Source: Poseidonia sp.
Lineage (GTDB): Archaea; Thermoplasmatota; Poseidoniia; Poseidoniales; Poseidoniaceae
Direction: 5' to 3'
Assembly (NCBI GenBank): GCA_965661285.1
Contig: CBFIDD010000001.1
Span: 340,852 to 404,851 of the forward strand
DNA: 64,000 bases
Part shown: positions 41,242 through 50,786 of the stretch, in pieces
How positions within the stretch are numbered: position 1 is the first letter of the stretch
How the letters are laid out: each line of letters begins with the position of its first letter
Translations under genes and position numbers: made by a program
Notes under the pieces: model-generated
What the model was told of the DNA's origin: nothing
Databases searched by the model: none
Seen by the model: the letters and a program-made list of their open reading frames with translations, nothing else

Positions 41242-43266
41242 ATGAGCATGATTCACATCACGCTGCCGGATGGAACCGTGAATGAGTATGCAGCAGGCAT
41301 CTCCTGTGGCGAAGTCATCACCGACGCCATGGGCAAGAAACACGGATGCATTGCAGCGAAGGTTGACGGTTCCGAATGCGATTTGTCCAAGATTCTGGAC
41401 ATCAACTGCTCGGTTGAAGGCATTCCTGCCGACTCGGATGAAGGAATCCACATCCTGCGCCATTCTGCAGCCCACCTTCTTGCGCAGGCCGTGATGGAAC
41501 TCTATCCGGGCGCTTTGCCAACCATCGGGCCGGCCATCGACCGTGGATTCTACTACGATTTCGCCATGGAACCCATCACGCAGGGCGACCTCAAGGCCAT
41601 TGAGAAGAAAATGCACGAATTGGCTCGGCGCAACCTCAGCGTGGAACGTGTTGAACTGGACCAAACCACCCTGCGAGAGCACTTTGAAAGCAACCCGTAT
41701 AAGTTGGAAATCATCGATGATAAACTCGAGGCGGGCGACGGTTCAACCATCTACAAACAAGGCGAGTGGTACGACCTTTGCCTTGGACCGCACGTTCCGA
41801 GCACTGCGAAACTGATGTTCGTGCGTTTGACCTCGGTGTCGACCGCCTACTGGCGCGGCGACCAGGAACGAGAACAGTTGGTTCGAATTTACGGGCTTGT
41901 GGAGCCGTCCAAGCAAGCGCTGAAAGCTACCCTCACGCGCATTGAGGAAGCCAAAAAGCGAGACCATCGAAAACTTGGCAAGGACTTGCAGCTGTTTCAC
42001 ATCGACGAAGAAGTCGGCCAAGGGCTCATTCTCTGGACGCCTCGTGGAGCCGTGGTTCGTCAAGAACTGCAGGATTTCATCTCCCATCACCTTCGCCGCC
42101 AAGGGTATTCCCAGGTGTTCACACCCCACATCGGGAAGTTGGACTTATACAGGACATCCGGTCATTTCCCCTACTACCAAGATTCGCAATACCCGCCCAT
42201 CATCGAGCGGGACTTGATGAAGAGCTTGGCCGACGAAGGGTGCACCTGCGGCGACCTGTCGAACATGATGAAATCCGGTGAAATTGACGGCTACATGCTC
42301 AAACCGATGAACTGCCCTCATCACGTGAAAATCTACGCCAGTCAACCGCGTTCCTATCGGAACCTGCCCCTTCGGCTCGCTGAATTTGGAACCGTTTACC
42401 GGTGGGAGCAATCGGGGGAAATCTCGGGCATGACACGAGTTCGAGGCTTCACCCAAGACGATGCACACCTGTTTGTGACCGAAGAACAACTCGCTCAGGA
42501 AGTGCTCGGTTGCATTGAGTTGGTCCAGATCATCTTTGACAAACTCGGTATGGAAGAGTACCGGGTTCGCGTTGGTCTTCGAGACCCGGATTCAACAAAA
42601 TATGTGGGCGACCCAAAGCGCTGGGACAAGGCCGAGGAGGCCTGTCGGGCGGCAGCAGAATCGCTTGGCGTTCCTTGGTCTGAAGAGCATGGAGAAGCGG
42701 CCTTCTACGGACCGAAAATTGACTTCGTCGTGAAGGATGTCATCGGCCGAGAATGGCAACTTGGGACGGTACAAGTGGACTACAACCTTCCTGAGCGGTT
42801 CGATTTGACCTACAAGGGCAGCGATGGCGAACTCCACCGGCCGGTGATGATTCACCGCGCTCCGTTCGGATCGATGGAACGGTTCTGTGGCGTGCTCATC
42901 GAACACTTCGCCGGCCGGTTTCCAACCTGGCTCACCCCAACGCAGTGCCATGTCATCACGATTCGAGAGGAGCACAAGGCCTATGCCGCCAAGGTCGCCG
43001 ATGCGCTTCGAGCAGAGGACGTGCGCGTGGAGGTTGACGACTCCGGCAACAACATCATGAAGAAAATTCGTAACCATCGCAAATTGCAACCCGCCTACCT
43101 CATCATCCTCGGTGATGATGAAATGGGCAACAACACCGTGAGTCTGCGCGCCCGAAACGGCGACCAAATCGCTGGGATACCCCTGGAAAACTTCGTGGCT
43201 GACATCAAAAACGAAATCGACGAAAAGGTGAGTCAGCCATCGCTTGTCCCGCCGACAACAGAGTGA
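41242..43266 (+). CDS. thrS: Threonine--tRNA ligase, bacterial type
   Basis: N-terminal TGS, RHSAAHLLAQA, DLCLGPH editing motif, RDHRKLG, KPMNCPHH, RVRGFTQDDAH, AFYGPK, IHRAPFGSMERF. Confidence 0.97.
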   Translation: MSMIHITLPDGTVNEYAAGISCGEVITDAMGKKHGCIAAKVDGSECDLSKILDINCSVEGIPADSDEGIHILRHSAAHLLAQAVMELYPGALPTIGPAIDRGFYYDFAMEPITQGDLKAIEKKMHELARRNLSVERVELDQTTLREHFESNPYKLEIIDDKLEAGDGSTIYKQGEWYDLCLGPHVPSTAKLMFVRLTSVSTAYWRGDQEREQLVRIYGLVEPSKQALKATLTRIEEAKKRDHRKLGKDLQLFHIDEEVGQGLILWTPRGAVVRQELQDFISHHLRRQGYSQVFTPHIGKLDLYRTSGHFPYYQDSQYPPIIERDLMKSLADEGCTCGDLSNMMKSGEIDGYMLKPMNCPHHVKIYASQPRSYRNLPLRLAEFGTVYRWEQSGEISGMTRVRGFTQDDAHLFVTEEQLAQEVLGCIELVQIIFDKLGMEEYRVRVGLRDPDSTKYVGDPKRWDKAEEACRAAAESLGVPWSEEHGEAAFYGPKIDFVVKDVIGREWQLGTVQVDYNLPERFDLTYKGSDGELHRPVMIHRAPFGSMERFCGVLIEHFAGRFPTWLTPTQCHVITIREEHKAYAAKVADALRAEDVRVEVDDSGNNIMKKIRNHRKLQPAYLIILGDDEMGNNTVSLRARNGDQIAGIPLENFVADIKNEIDEKVSQPSLVPPTTE

Positions 43267-43272
43267 TCGACA

Positions 43273-45798
43273 ATGAGTTCACCGGCCATCATTCAAGGGT
43301 TCTCTTTGGACATGGTCGGTCCGCTTTTGCTGGCATTTTTGGCGTCTTGGTTCTTTTGGCACAACGTGGTTCCCCGCCAACTCAAAGGCTTGCAGGTCGC
43401 CTTTCCCACGGGAGAAAAAACCTACGAAGTTCACAAAGTAACCAACAGTGTCGAAGATGTACGCTTGCTCCTGGGACGAAAGGGGACACGCCTCGGCGTC
43501 GTTTCCTACCTCATGGCCCTCACGGGAAGCCTCGTGCTGTTGTTTGAATTTTTCAACTTCCGCGGTGGCGGCTCGGACGGTTATCATGCACCCTCGGTGG
43601 CCTTCGCTTTGATCCTCATCATCGCTCCCGCCATCGTCTCAAGCGGTACATCATTGGGTGCTCAGGTCATCAAGCCGCTGGGGGTAAGTCGAGCCACCTT
43701 GCAAAGCAATTCGAGTTCACGAAACGCATCCTATGTCGCACTCACCGTTGCGTGGTTGGCCCTCGCCATGGCTGTTGGCGAGGTGCTCAAAGCGTTTGGA
43801 GCGTCCACCACCACACAATACAGCATGGTGGCCATGGTGGCGTTTAGCCCCGCCGTTCTCGCTTACGGGCGAATCTTGGGGTCCGCCTGGCACGCCCTCA
43901 AGCAATCTTCAGCCCAAATCGCGCAGGGAGGGGCATCACCGTTTCACAACCACCGTCCCAACGCACGTCAACAATTCATCGCCCAAGTGGTCCACTTGAA
44001 CTTGGTCGCCATGCCCTATGTGGCCGTCAACACCTTGATTTCACTCGTCCTTCTTCTCTACAACCCCGATATGTTCGTGCATTCAGACCGGGTGTTGGAA
44101 CTCCCGGAATATCGAATCCAATCGACCTACATGGAGGAAGGTGGGTTGCTCGGGTTTGGACTGATCGAGGTGTTCTCCCACATCCCCCAAGCGGGCATTC
44201 GAGTGCCCATCGTGACCACACTTCTGCTGTTTTTGTTGCTGAACGTGGCCGCCATCGGCTTCCTCTTTGTCTATGAAGTGGCTCGTATCTTGTTCTTGGA
44301 CGTCCAAGACGTGTCCGGATGGGGCGGAATTCGTCTCGCTGACAGTCGCTTGCTGCGAGCTGAACCCATTCAACAAGCCAACGTCCTGAACTTCTGTTTC
44401 ACCGGTTTCGCAGGTCAATCCATGCTCTTGCTGGCCCTTGCGATGGTGACGTTCTGGGATTCGAGTTTCCTCCCGCAGGGCGAAGCCTGCGGTGCTTGGG
44501 AAAGCAGCGTGTGTTCCGTACTGGAAAAAGACATGCTGGAACAGCTGACGTGGATGCTCGCATCGGGAGGCCAGGTGGCATTTTTGCTGGTGTGGGCGGT
44601 CTCGAGGCGACGCTCCACCCAACTCAGCGAGATCACCTTCGACGCCTCGATGGACGAAGACCGTACCCGCCTGCGCGGCATGAGCGATATGATTTACCTC
44701 AAACAACGACCAACCAACGAACTGCTCGGCAAGGACGACTGGAACACCGCCATCGAACGGTTTGATGATGCCACCATAAACCGTGAGGCTACCCTGGTCG
44801 GTCTCGACATGATTCGCCACACACAGGCCAAGATGTTGCTCCATTGCGGCCTCGGTCGGTGGGATGAGGCCGAAGAATTAGCGGTTGACCTGTTGGCCCT
44901 GCAAGGAGGACGGGATTCTCAAATCGCGAGGCTCGTGCTGTGCGCCACGAGCCTTGCCCAGCGAGACTACAAAGAAGCAACACCCCGCCTGGCGCTGCTC
45001 GACAACGATGATGTTGAGGCGGTTCGCATTCGCTGGGCTGCGAGCCTCTTGAGCGGGCATAAGCACATGAATCAACAGGGCGTATCCATGCTCAGTGTTG
45101 ACCCCCTGCGCAAAGAAAACATCCGCATGCTCCAAGCGTTTGAACGCGGCGAGCCAACCCTTCGAACCACACCACCGCGCCAGCCCGCTCAGCGAGCGAT
45201 GTACCTGTCCCAGTTGGCCCGGATGCGGATGAGCGGGGAAAGCGAACGCGCCCTGAATCATCTTGAACGAACGCTTAGCCAGTTGGAGGGGGAGACGTGG
45301 GTCCACGGCCAACTCGTGGCCGCTTTGCTCAACCACGACAGCGGTCGCACGCTTTCTGCGGTCAACGCCCTGAACACCTTGTCCAACGACCATCCACGCC
45401 ATCCCCATGTTCGTGCCGTGATGCACCAGTTCGCTCGTTTGGGACAAACAAAGCGTCCGCCCTCCGAACCGACCGGCATTCAATGGGTCTTGGAGAACGA
45501 GGGGGATTGGAAGGCCTCGTGGAACCTCCACAATGTAGCCGTTCCCCCTGTGATGGACAACACGATGCTCAAGAAACACGCTGTCCAAGCGAACGCATGG
45601 TCGTTGATGCTCGGAAGTGAGGTGGCGTTGCACGGAAAGAAAAACATCCATTCCAAACTCCAGGACGAGGTCCCACTGGGACTCTTCACCCATCTCCAAG
45701 GCATCACGGTGACCATCGGTGGCATGCCCGTTGACCTCGGTCTTCCTGCGGGTATCGACCTCAAGAGCGCCGAGAAGAACGGTTTGCTCGACCTGTGA
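43273..45798 (+). CDS. Hypothetical polytopic membrane protein with C-terminal helical (TPR-like) domain
   Basis: About 9 TM segments in first ~445 aa, then helical repeats such as LGRWDEAEELA and RDYKEATPRL. Confidence 0.75.
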   Translation: MSSPAIIQGFSLDMVGPLLLAFLASWFFWHNVVPRQLKGLQVAFPTGEKTYEVHKVTNSVEDVRLLLGRKGTRLGVVSYLMALTGSLVLLFEFFNFRGGGSDGYHAPSVAFALILIIAPAIVSSGTSLGAQVIKPLGVSRATLQSNSSSRNASYVALTVAWLALAMAVGEVLKAFGASTTTQYSMVAMVAFSPAVLAYGRILGSAWHALKQSSAQIAQGGASPFHNHRPNARQQFIAQVVHLNLVAMPYVAVNTLISLVLLLYNPDMFVHSDRVLELPEYRIQSTYMEEGGLLGFGLIEVFSHIPQAGIRVPIVTTLLLFLLLNVAAIGFLFVYEVARILFLDVQDVSGWGGIRLADSRLLRAEPIQQANVLNFCFTGFAGQSMLLLALAMVTFWDSSFLPQGEACGAWESSVCSVLEKDMLEQLTWMLASGGQVAFLLVWAVSRRRSTQLSEITFDASMDEDRTRLRGMSDMIYLKQRPTNELLGKDDWNTAIERFDDATINREATLVGLDMIRHTQAKMLLHCGLGRWDEAEELAVDLLALQGGRDSQIARLVLCATSLAQRDYKEATPRLALLDNDDVEAVRIRWAASLLSGHKHMNQQGVSMLSVDPLRKENIRMLQAFERGEPTLRTTPPRQPAQRAMYLSQLARMRMSGESERALNHLERTLSQLEGETWVHGQLVAALLNHDSGRTLSAVNALNTLSNDHPRHPHVRAVMHQFARLGQTKRPPSEPTGIQWVLENEGDWKASWNLHNVAVPPVMDNTMLKKHAVQANAWSLMLGSEVALHGKKNIHSKLQDEVPLGLFTHLQGITVTIGGMPVDLGLPAGIDLKSAEKNGLLDL

Positions 45799-47556
45799 TC
45801 AAATTCGTCGACGCAATCGCTCCATGGCGGCATCGGCTTGACCCAACGCTTCGAGGGTGGCCTCCACGCGCCCCCCATCGAGGGCGCTCTGCGCCTCGGC
45901 AATCGCTTCCTCACAGGCCCGGCGGTCCTCATCCACGACCTTGATGCTGGCTGCTTCGCATTGATTGCGCAGGACCTTCCACTGGTCGATGACGAAATCG
46001 TAGAGTTCCCTTGCTTCCTCACCGGCACGACCTTCCTTGTCCAAGGCTGAAGTCATGCGTTCCAGCAGCATGCCCGCATGCGACCACAGGCGCTGGTCTG
46101 CGGCCTCAACGATTTCCTGAAGCATGGCGTTCCATGTCTCGCGGTCGTCTCGGCTCTTGTAGCGCTTGGTGAGTTGCTTCTTTTGTTTCAGCGCACGAAG
46201 CACATCGTCCATCGCTGCCCGTTCTCGCTCAACCGTGCGAACCACGCCGTCAGCCAGGCCGATGGCTTGGCTGGCGTTACCAGCCTCAAGCGCCTGTTCT
46301 GCTTGGTCCAGACGCTCTTCAAATTCATCAATGTCCAAACCGTCACTCTGCGAGACCGTTCGCCTTGCTTCCACCAGGGAGGTTTCTGCCCGCTCAAGCG
46401 CACCTGCATCGGCTTCCAACTGTGGTAGAATGGCCGTGGCAAATTCGTACGCCTCCTTCGGTAGTTCCTTGGCCAATTTGGACTTCGCATCCTTGAGCAA
46501 TTCACGAAGATGAGCAACGCCGGCGCCCGTTTTTCCGTCGAGCGCTCGGGTGGCTTCCTGAATGACCTGTTCGGCTTTTGCCCACCACGTGATGATATCG
46601 CCCGCTCGCTTTTTGGCTTGGCGAAAAAGAAGTTCACCCTCTCGCAAGGAACCGAGGTTCACCTCACGCTCCCCCATGTCGTAGGCCTTGCGCGGTCGCT
46701 GGGCCGTAGGGGCGATGGCTTCGGCTGCAACAACCGCATCCAGCGCGTCATTTCGAATGATTTCAACATCGTCAGCCAGAGAAAGGGCCCGTTCCATGTC
46801 CTCCTCACTTTCGTCCAAAAGGCGCATCCCGTACTCGGGGTCGAGATGACCTTCCTCTTTGGCCGTGGTGAGCAGACTTGCTGCCTGTGCGACCGCAGCG
46901 CCTTGGGCTTTGAGCTCCAAAAGACGTGTTTCAAGACCATCGAGGCGCTTCTTGAAGCGTTTTCGCTCAGCCTTTTGGTCGTCGCCCACCGTCCACGTGT
47001 AGATAGCGTCCACGACGGCGATGGCCGAAACAAGTGCAGCCACCCCACCAGCCAGTGACTGGAACGCCTCGGTTTGTGTCAGCGTCAAGGCCACCGCCGA
47101 GGCTGAACCAATGCCGGTCAGGATGGCTCGGTAGCGAAGCACGCCGAAATTCCCGCGCATGGTTCGCTGCGAGAGTTGACGGCAAGCGACACCGGAGGAC
47201 ATGATGAGAACGCTGCCGATGATTTCAGAGCGAGTTCCGTCCAGGCCCAAGGCGCCTAAACAGAGCAATACGGGCCATGCGATGCTGGTGGCGGAGGCGA
47301 CGCGTGACCGAGCCACGGCGTCGTCGAGGGTCAAATCTTGAACGAAAATCCCCCACACCAAGAGAACGAGCGGAGCACCAAAACTGGACAATACAACACC
47401 ATCGCCTTCCATGAGACCATTGATGGAGGGCCATGCGAGCCACACAGCACACACCAACAGCGATAGCGCCGTCAACAACGTGGCGTTCTCAACGCGTTTC
47501 GTTCGTCGAAGACGCTCGGCCTCCACGGCTGCATCTGCATCCGCCCAGGTGACCAT
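45799..47556 (-). CDS. Hypothetical membrane protein with long coiled-coil/helical-repeat C-terminus
   Basis: About 6 TM helices then ~390 aa A/E/R/L-rich heptads; start may be 47583. Confidence 0.75.
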   Translation of the reverse strand: MVTWADADAAVEAERLRRTKRVENATLLTALSLLVCAVWLAWPSINGLMEGDGVVLSSFGAPLVLLVWGIFVQDLTLDDAVARSRVASATSIAWPVLLCLGALGLDGTRSEIIGSVLIMSSGVACRQLSQRTMRGNFGVLRYRAILTGIGSASAVALTLTQTEAFQSLAGGVAALVSAIAVVDAIYTWTVGDDQKAERKRFKKRLDGLETRLLELKAQGAAVAQAASLLTTAKEEGHLDPEYGMRLLDESEEDMERALSLADDVEIIRNDALDAVVAAEAIAPTAQRPRKAYDMGEREVNLGSLREGELLFRQAKKRAGDIITWWAKAEQVIQEATRALDGKTGAGVAHLRELLKDAKSKLAKELPKEAYEFATAILPQLEADAGALERAETSLVEARRTVSQSDGLDIDEFEERLDQAEQALEAGNASQAIGLADGVVRTVERERAAMDDVLRALKQKKQLTKRYKSRDDRETWNAMLQEIVEAADQRLWSHAGMLLERMTSALDKEGRAGEEARELYDFVIDQWKVLRNQCEAASIKVVDEDRRACEEAIAEAQSALDGGRVEATLEALGQADAAMERLRRRI

Positions 47557-47685
47557 GGTGTGTGGCTTACCGGTGTTGCCCATAATCACTCCGATTGGTT
47601 GCACAAGTGCGCACAGATGAGCGAACCGTTTGAGCGGCAATGTTCAAGGGTGTTATCGGAGTGTGAAGAGTTACGAGGGAACACC

Positions 47686-48627
47686 ATGCCGGGACTCATT
47701 ACCATGGATGATTTATCCAACGAAGATATTCTGAGTATTTTGGACGATGCGCAGCGCCTGCTCCCCGTGGCTGAGGGCAAAACCTACCTTCCACTCCTGC
47801 AGGGGAAAATCCTCGGGAACCTGTTTTTTGAACCGAGCACCCGAACCCGAATGTCGTTTGAAACCGCCATGAAACGTCTTGGCGGCGATGTGGTGAACCT
47901 CGGCGATGTCAAGACGTCGTCGGTTGTGAAGGGCGAAACCTTGTTTGACACCATCCAAATGGTCGATGGCTACACCGACATCATCGCCATGCGCCACCCC
48001 CGACAGGGTGCAGCTCAGTACGCACAGGATGCGGCCAGGGTGCCCATCCTCAACGGCGGGGACGGCGCAGGCCACCACCCCACGCAAACGATGCTCGACC
48101 TGTTCACCATCCGCCAAGCCCACGGTCGACTGGATGGACTCAAGGTGATTCTTGCCGGAGACCTTCGCTACGGACGCACCGTCCATTCCTTGAGCCACGC
48201 CCTCACGCGATTTGGATGCGAACTGATTTTGGCCAGTCCAGCCCTGCTCAAAATGCCCGCAGAAATCGTAGCCGACCTGAATGCTCACGGAGCGAAGATC
48301 ACCGAGACAGAAGACCTGCTCGGTTCAATCCAATCCGCCGACGTGGTATACATGACCAGAATCCAAAAAGAACGCTTTGCGGACGAAGACGAGTACGCCA
48401 AGGTTGCTGGCGCCTACAAACTCAACGCTTCCAGCCTTGACGGCGCCAAAGAGGATATGATCATCATGCACCCGCTCCCGCGGGTCGACGAAATCCACCC
48501 GTCGGTGGACAGTACACGACATGCCCGCTACTTCGAGCAAGCTTTCAACGGCGTTGTCGCCAGAATGGCCCTGTTGTGCCGCCTGCTGAATGTTGAGGTC
48601 CCCGCCGATGTTGGAGGTGATGCTTGA
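47686..48627 (+). CDS. pyrB: Aspartate carbamoyltransferase catalytic subunit
   Basis: FFEPSTRTRMSF, KGETLFDT, HPTQTMLD, YMTRIQKERF, MHPLPR. Confidence 0.97.
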   Translation: MPGLITMDDLSNEDILSILDDAQRLLPVAEGKTYLPLLQGKILGNLFFEPSTRTRMSFETAMKRLGGDVVNLGDVKTSSVVKGETLFDTIQMVDGYTDIIAMRHPRQGAAQYAQDAARVPILNGGDGAGHHPTQTMLDLFTIRQAHGRLDGLKVILAGDLRYGRTVHSLSHALTRFGCELILASPALLKMPAEIVADLNAHGAKITETEDLLGSIQSADVVYMTRIQKERFADEDEYAKVAGAYKLNASSLDGAKEDMIIMHPLPRVDEIHPSVDSTRHARYFEQAFNGVVARMALLCRLLNVEVPADVGGDA

Positions 48628-49103
48628 TGTCAAATGAACACAACATGCGAAGAGTGACCGCCATCCGGAATGGAACCGTCATCGACCACATTCCCGCAGG
48701 TCATGCCATGCGAGTATTGGAAATGCTTGGCATCAACAAATCCTCATCGGTTCCCGTGTCCATGGTCATGAACGTGCCCTCGAAGAAAATGGGGACGAAG
48801 GACATCATCAAAGTCGAAGACCGTGAACTCGACCAAGACGAATTGAATCGTCTTGCACTGGTGGCCCCTGACGCCCGAGTGGCGATCATTCGGGCCTACA
48901 GCGTTGCCGAAAAGTTGACCATTGAACTGGGCGATGAAATTGTCAATGTGGTTCGGTGCACGTTTTCCAACTGCATCACGACCAATCCCCGAGAACCACT
49001 GGCTCACCGTCTCAAGGTCCTGACAACCGCGCCGCTTGAACTGCGATGCCATTACTGCGGCCGCCCGCAAGACCTTGACGAACTGGTCAACAACGTCATC
49101 TAA
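48627..49103 (+). CDS. pyrI: Aspartate carbamoyltransferase regulatory subunit
   Basis: AIRNGTVIDHIPAG, KDIIKVE, Zn ligands CTFSNCIT and CHYC; TGATG overlap with pyrB. Confidence 0.95.
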   Translation: MSNEHNMRRVTAIRNGTVIDHIPAGHAMRVLEMLGINKSSSVPVSMVMNVPSKKMGTKDIIKVEDRELDQDELNRLALVAPDARVAIIRAYSVAEKLTIELGDEIVNVVRCTFSNCITTNPREPLAHRLKVLTTAPLELRCHYCGRPQDLDELVNNVI

Positions 49104-50113
49104 TCGTGCTCTACACCGAGCAAGTCGCGCATATCGCAGGCTTTGCACTGTTTTCCAGAACTCGGGCTTCCGCATCGCGGGCAGGGTGTGGGAGGGGCGG
49201 GCCGTTGGCTTTGGCCACCCAATTCCACCACTTGGTCTCGAAGTCCCTTGATTTGGTCGGCCATGCGCACCAGTCCGTGACGTGTTCCGGGTACATCGGC
49301 TTCCATCTGTGCGACCATCTCTCGATGCCGCCAGCGCAGTGCGCCCCGAGCGTTTGGGCATTCCTCGTGATGTAACGGCAAGTTGCGATGAAGGGCGTAG
49401 AGGTGGATTTCCTGCTCTGGCACCCAGCGGAGCGGGACGATTCGCGGCGAGAGCCCATCGACGGGCGTGGCCGTGTGCGGGGCGAGGCGGAGGGTTCGCT
49501 CGATGTCGGCGTTGACCATGTTCATCAGCACGGTCTGTGCCATGTCGTCGAGGTTGTGCCCCAAGGCGATGACATCTGCACCCACGCGCTCGGCGAGGTG
49601 GTTGATGCCCTGGCGGCGAAAAACACCGCAGTAGGAGCAGGCCATGCGAGGGGCATCGTTGTCCTTCTCCATCACCATCGGCAACCGCTGCACCACCTCG
49701 TCCATTTCGATGAACGAAAGCTCAGGGTAGGTGACAACGTGGTGCTCAACACCCAATCGCTCACACAACGAGGCCGCGCATTCGATCGACGGCGGACGGT
49801 ACCCCTCTATGCCTTCGTCAACCGTGCCTGCGACGATGGTCACGTCCTTTCGTTTGCCGATGAGGTCAACCAGAGCATCCAGCAGTACGGCTGAGTCTTT
49901 GCCTCCAGAAACGGCCACCAGCACGGTGGTGTGCTCACCTTTTTTCAGCGGCAGTTGCATACGAAGTTCTCTGCTGATTTTCTTCCGTACGGATTTGGCC
50001 AGATGCTTTCCGCAGAGGATACGGCCGGAATAGGCTTGTTCGACCACAGCGGGTTTCTCACATGCATCGCATGTTGGAACGATGAAAAGCCCCGTTGAAC
50101 CCTCGTCCCCCAT
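49100..50113 (-). CDS. tRNA 2-thiolation protein, TtuA/NcsA/Ctu1 family (TIGR00269-like)
   Basis: N-terminal CxxC/CxxH, SGGKDS PP-loop, CSYCGVFRR, GHNLDD, EECP, C-terminal CPRC...CKAC. Confidence 0.92.
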   Translation of the reverse strand: MGDEGSTGLFIVPTCDACEKPAVVEQAYSGRILCGKHLAKSVRKKISRELRMQLPLKKGEHTTVLVAVSGGKDSAVLLDALVDLIGKRKDVTIVAGTVDEGIEGYRPPSIECAASLCERLGVEHHVVTYPELSFIEMDEVVQRLPMVMEKDNDAPRMACSYCGVFRRQGINHLAERVGADVIALGHNLDDMAQTVLMNMVNADIERTLRLAPHTATPVDGLSPRIVPLRWVPEQEIHLYALHRNLPLHHEECPNARGALRWRHREMVAQMEADVPGTRHGLVRMADQIKGLRDQVVELGGQSQRPAPPTPCPRCGSPSSGKQCKACDMRDLLGVEHD

Positions 50114-50183
50114 GGTGAGGTCTCAACGCCGCTATGGTTTCAATTCAGCGGACTCCCAGTGACACAAACGATGAAGATGTGTT

Positions 50184-50230
50184 GGAATTTTTCAATTGAA
50201 ATTTTGAATATTCAATTGAAATTTATTTTA
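50184..50230. repeat. AT-rich tandem palindromes: TTCAATTGAAATTT twice at 20-bp period with overlapping TTGAATATTCAA
   Basis: TTCAATTGAA at 50191-50200 and 50211-50220 read directly, in a divergent intergenic region. Confidence 0.85.
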
Positions 50231-50434
50231 GACTCGCCGGCGAGACCGAGGGCACGAGGAGGTGATTATCGGTGCTGTTCACAGGACGGCGAGGGTTTGC
50301 TTCGGGTGGTCATCGGAGTGAGAAAATGCATTTTCCAGTTGGAAAAAAGCAAAAGGTGCCCAAATCGCCTTATTTCTTCAGCCGAGCGCAAAACTTCTTG
50401 AAGGCTACAGCGCTGTCAATCAGGTTGAGCAGGC

Positions 50435-50776
50435 ATGTTGCAGCGTCTACTGAGGGAGTTTCTCAACGTTGATGGCGTGCAGCAGGCCATGATGATCGAC
50501 GACCGTGGAAAACTTCTGTCCAGTGTTTGTTTGGAAGGCCAACGTCCGCAGGTTGACCGTGCCGTATCCCTCACCGTCGCCGCTTTGGATGCGGTTCAAA
50601 AGCATGACCAAGGAGACATGCATGAACTTTGGATCGAAGGCGATGATCAAGTGCTCATCGACATCCTTACCCCGTACCGAATTGTCATGTTGAGCGGCAC
50701 AAACGCCAACATTGCACGATGGAGGCATTCCATAGACCACCTCCGTCCACAATTGGCAACAACCCAAGAAATCTAG
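50435..50776 (+). CDS. Roadblock/LC7 domain protein
   Basis: 113 aa; LQRLLREFLNVDGVQQAMMIDDRGKLL...ELWIEGDDQVLI...ANIARWR follows the Roadblock helix/strand pattern. Confidence 0.75.
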   Translation: MLQRLLREFLNVDGVQQAMMIDDRGKLLSSVCLEGQRPQVDRAVSLTVAALDAVQKHDQGDMHELWIEGDDQVLIDILTPYRIVMLSGTNANIARWRHSIDHLRPQLATTQEI

Positions 50777-50786
50777 GTGAACGCAC

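Noticed and set aside
50184-50230. CRISPR array
   Set aside because: Only two 14-bp copies 6 bp apart; no spacers and no cas genes.
50160-50434. Replication origin
   Set aside because: AT-rich tract is short, there is only one imperfect ORB-like site and no cdc6/orc1 gene nearby; kept only as a regulatory candidate.
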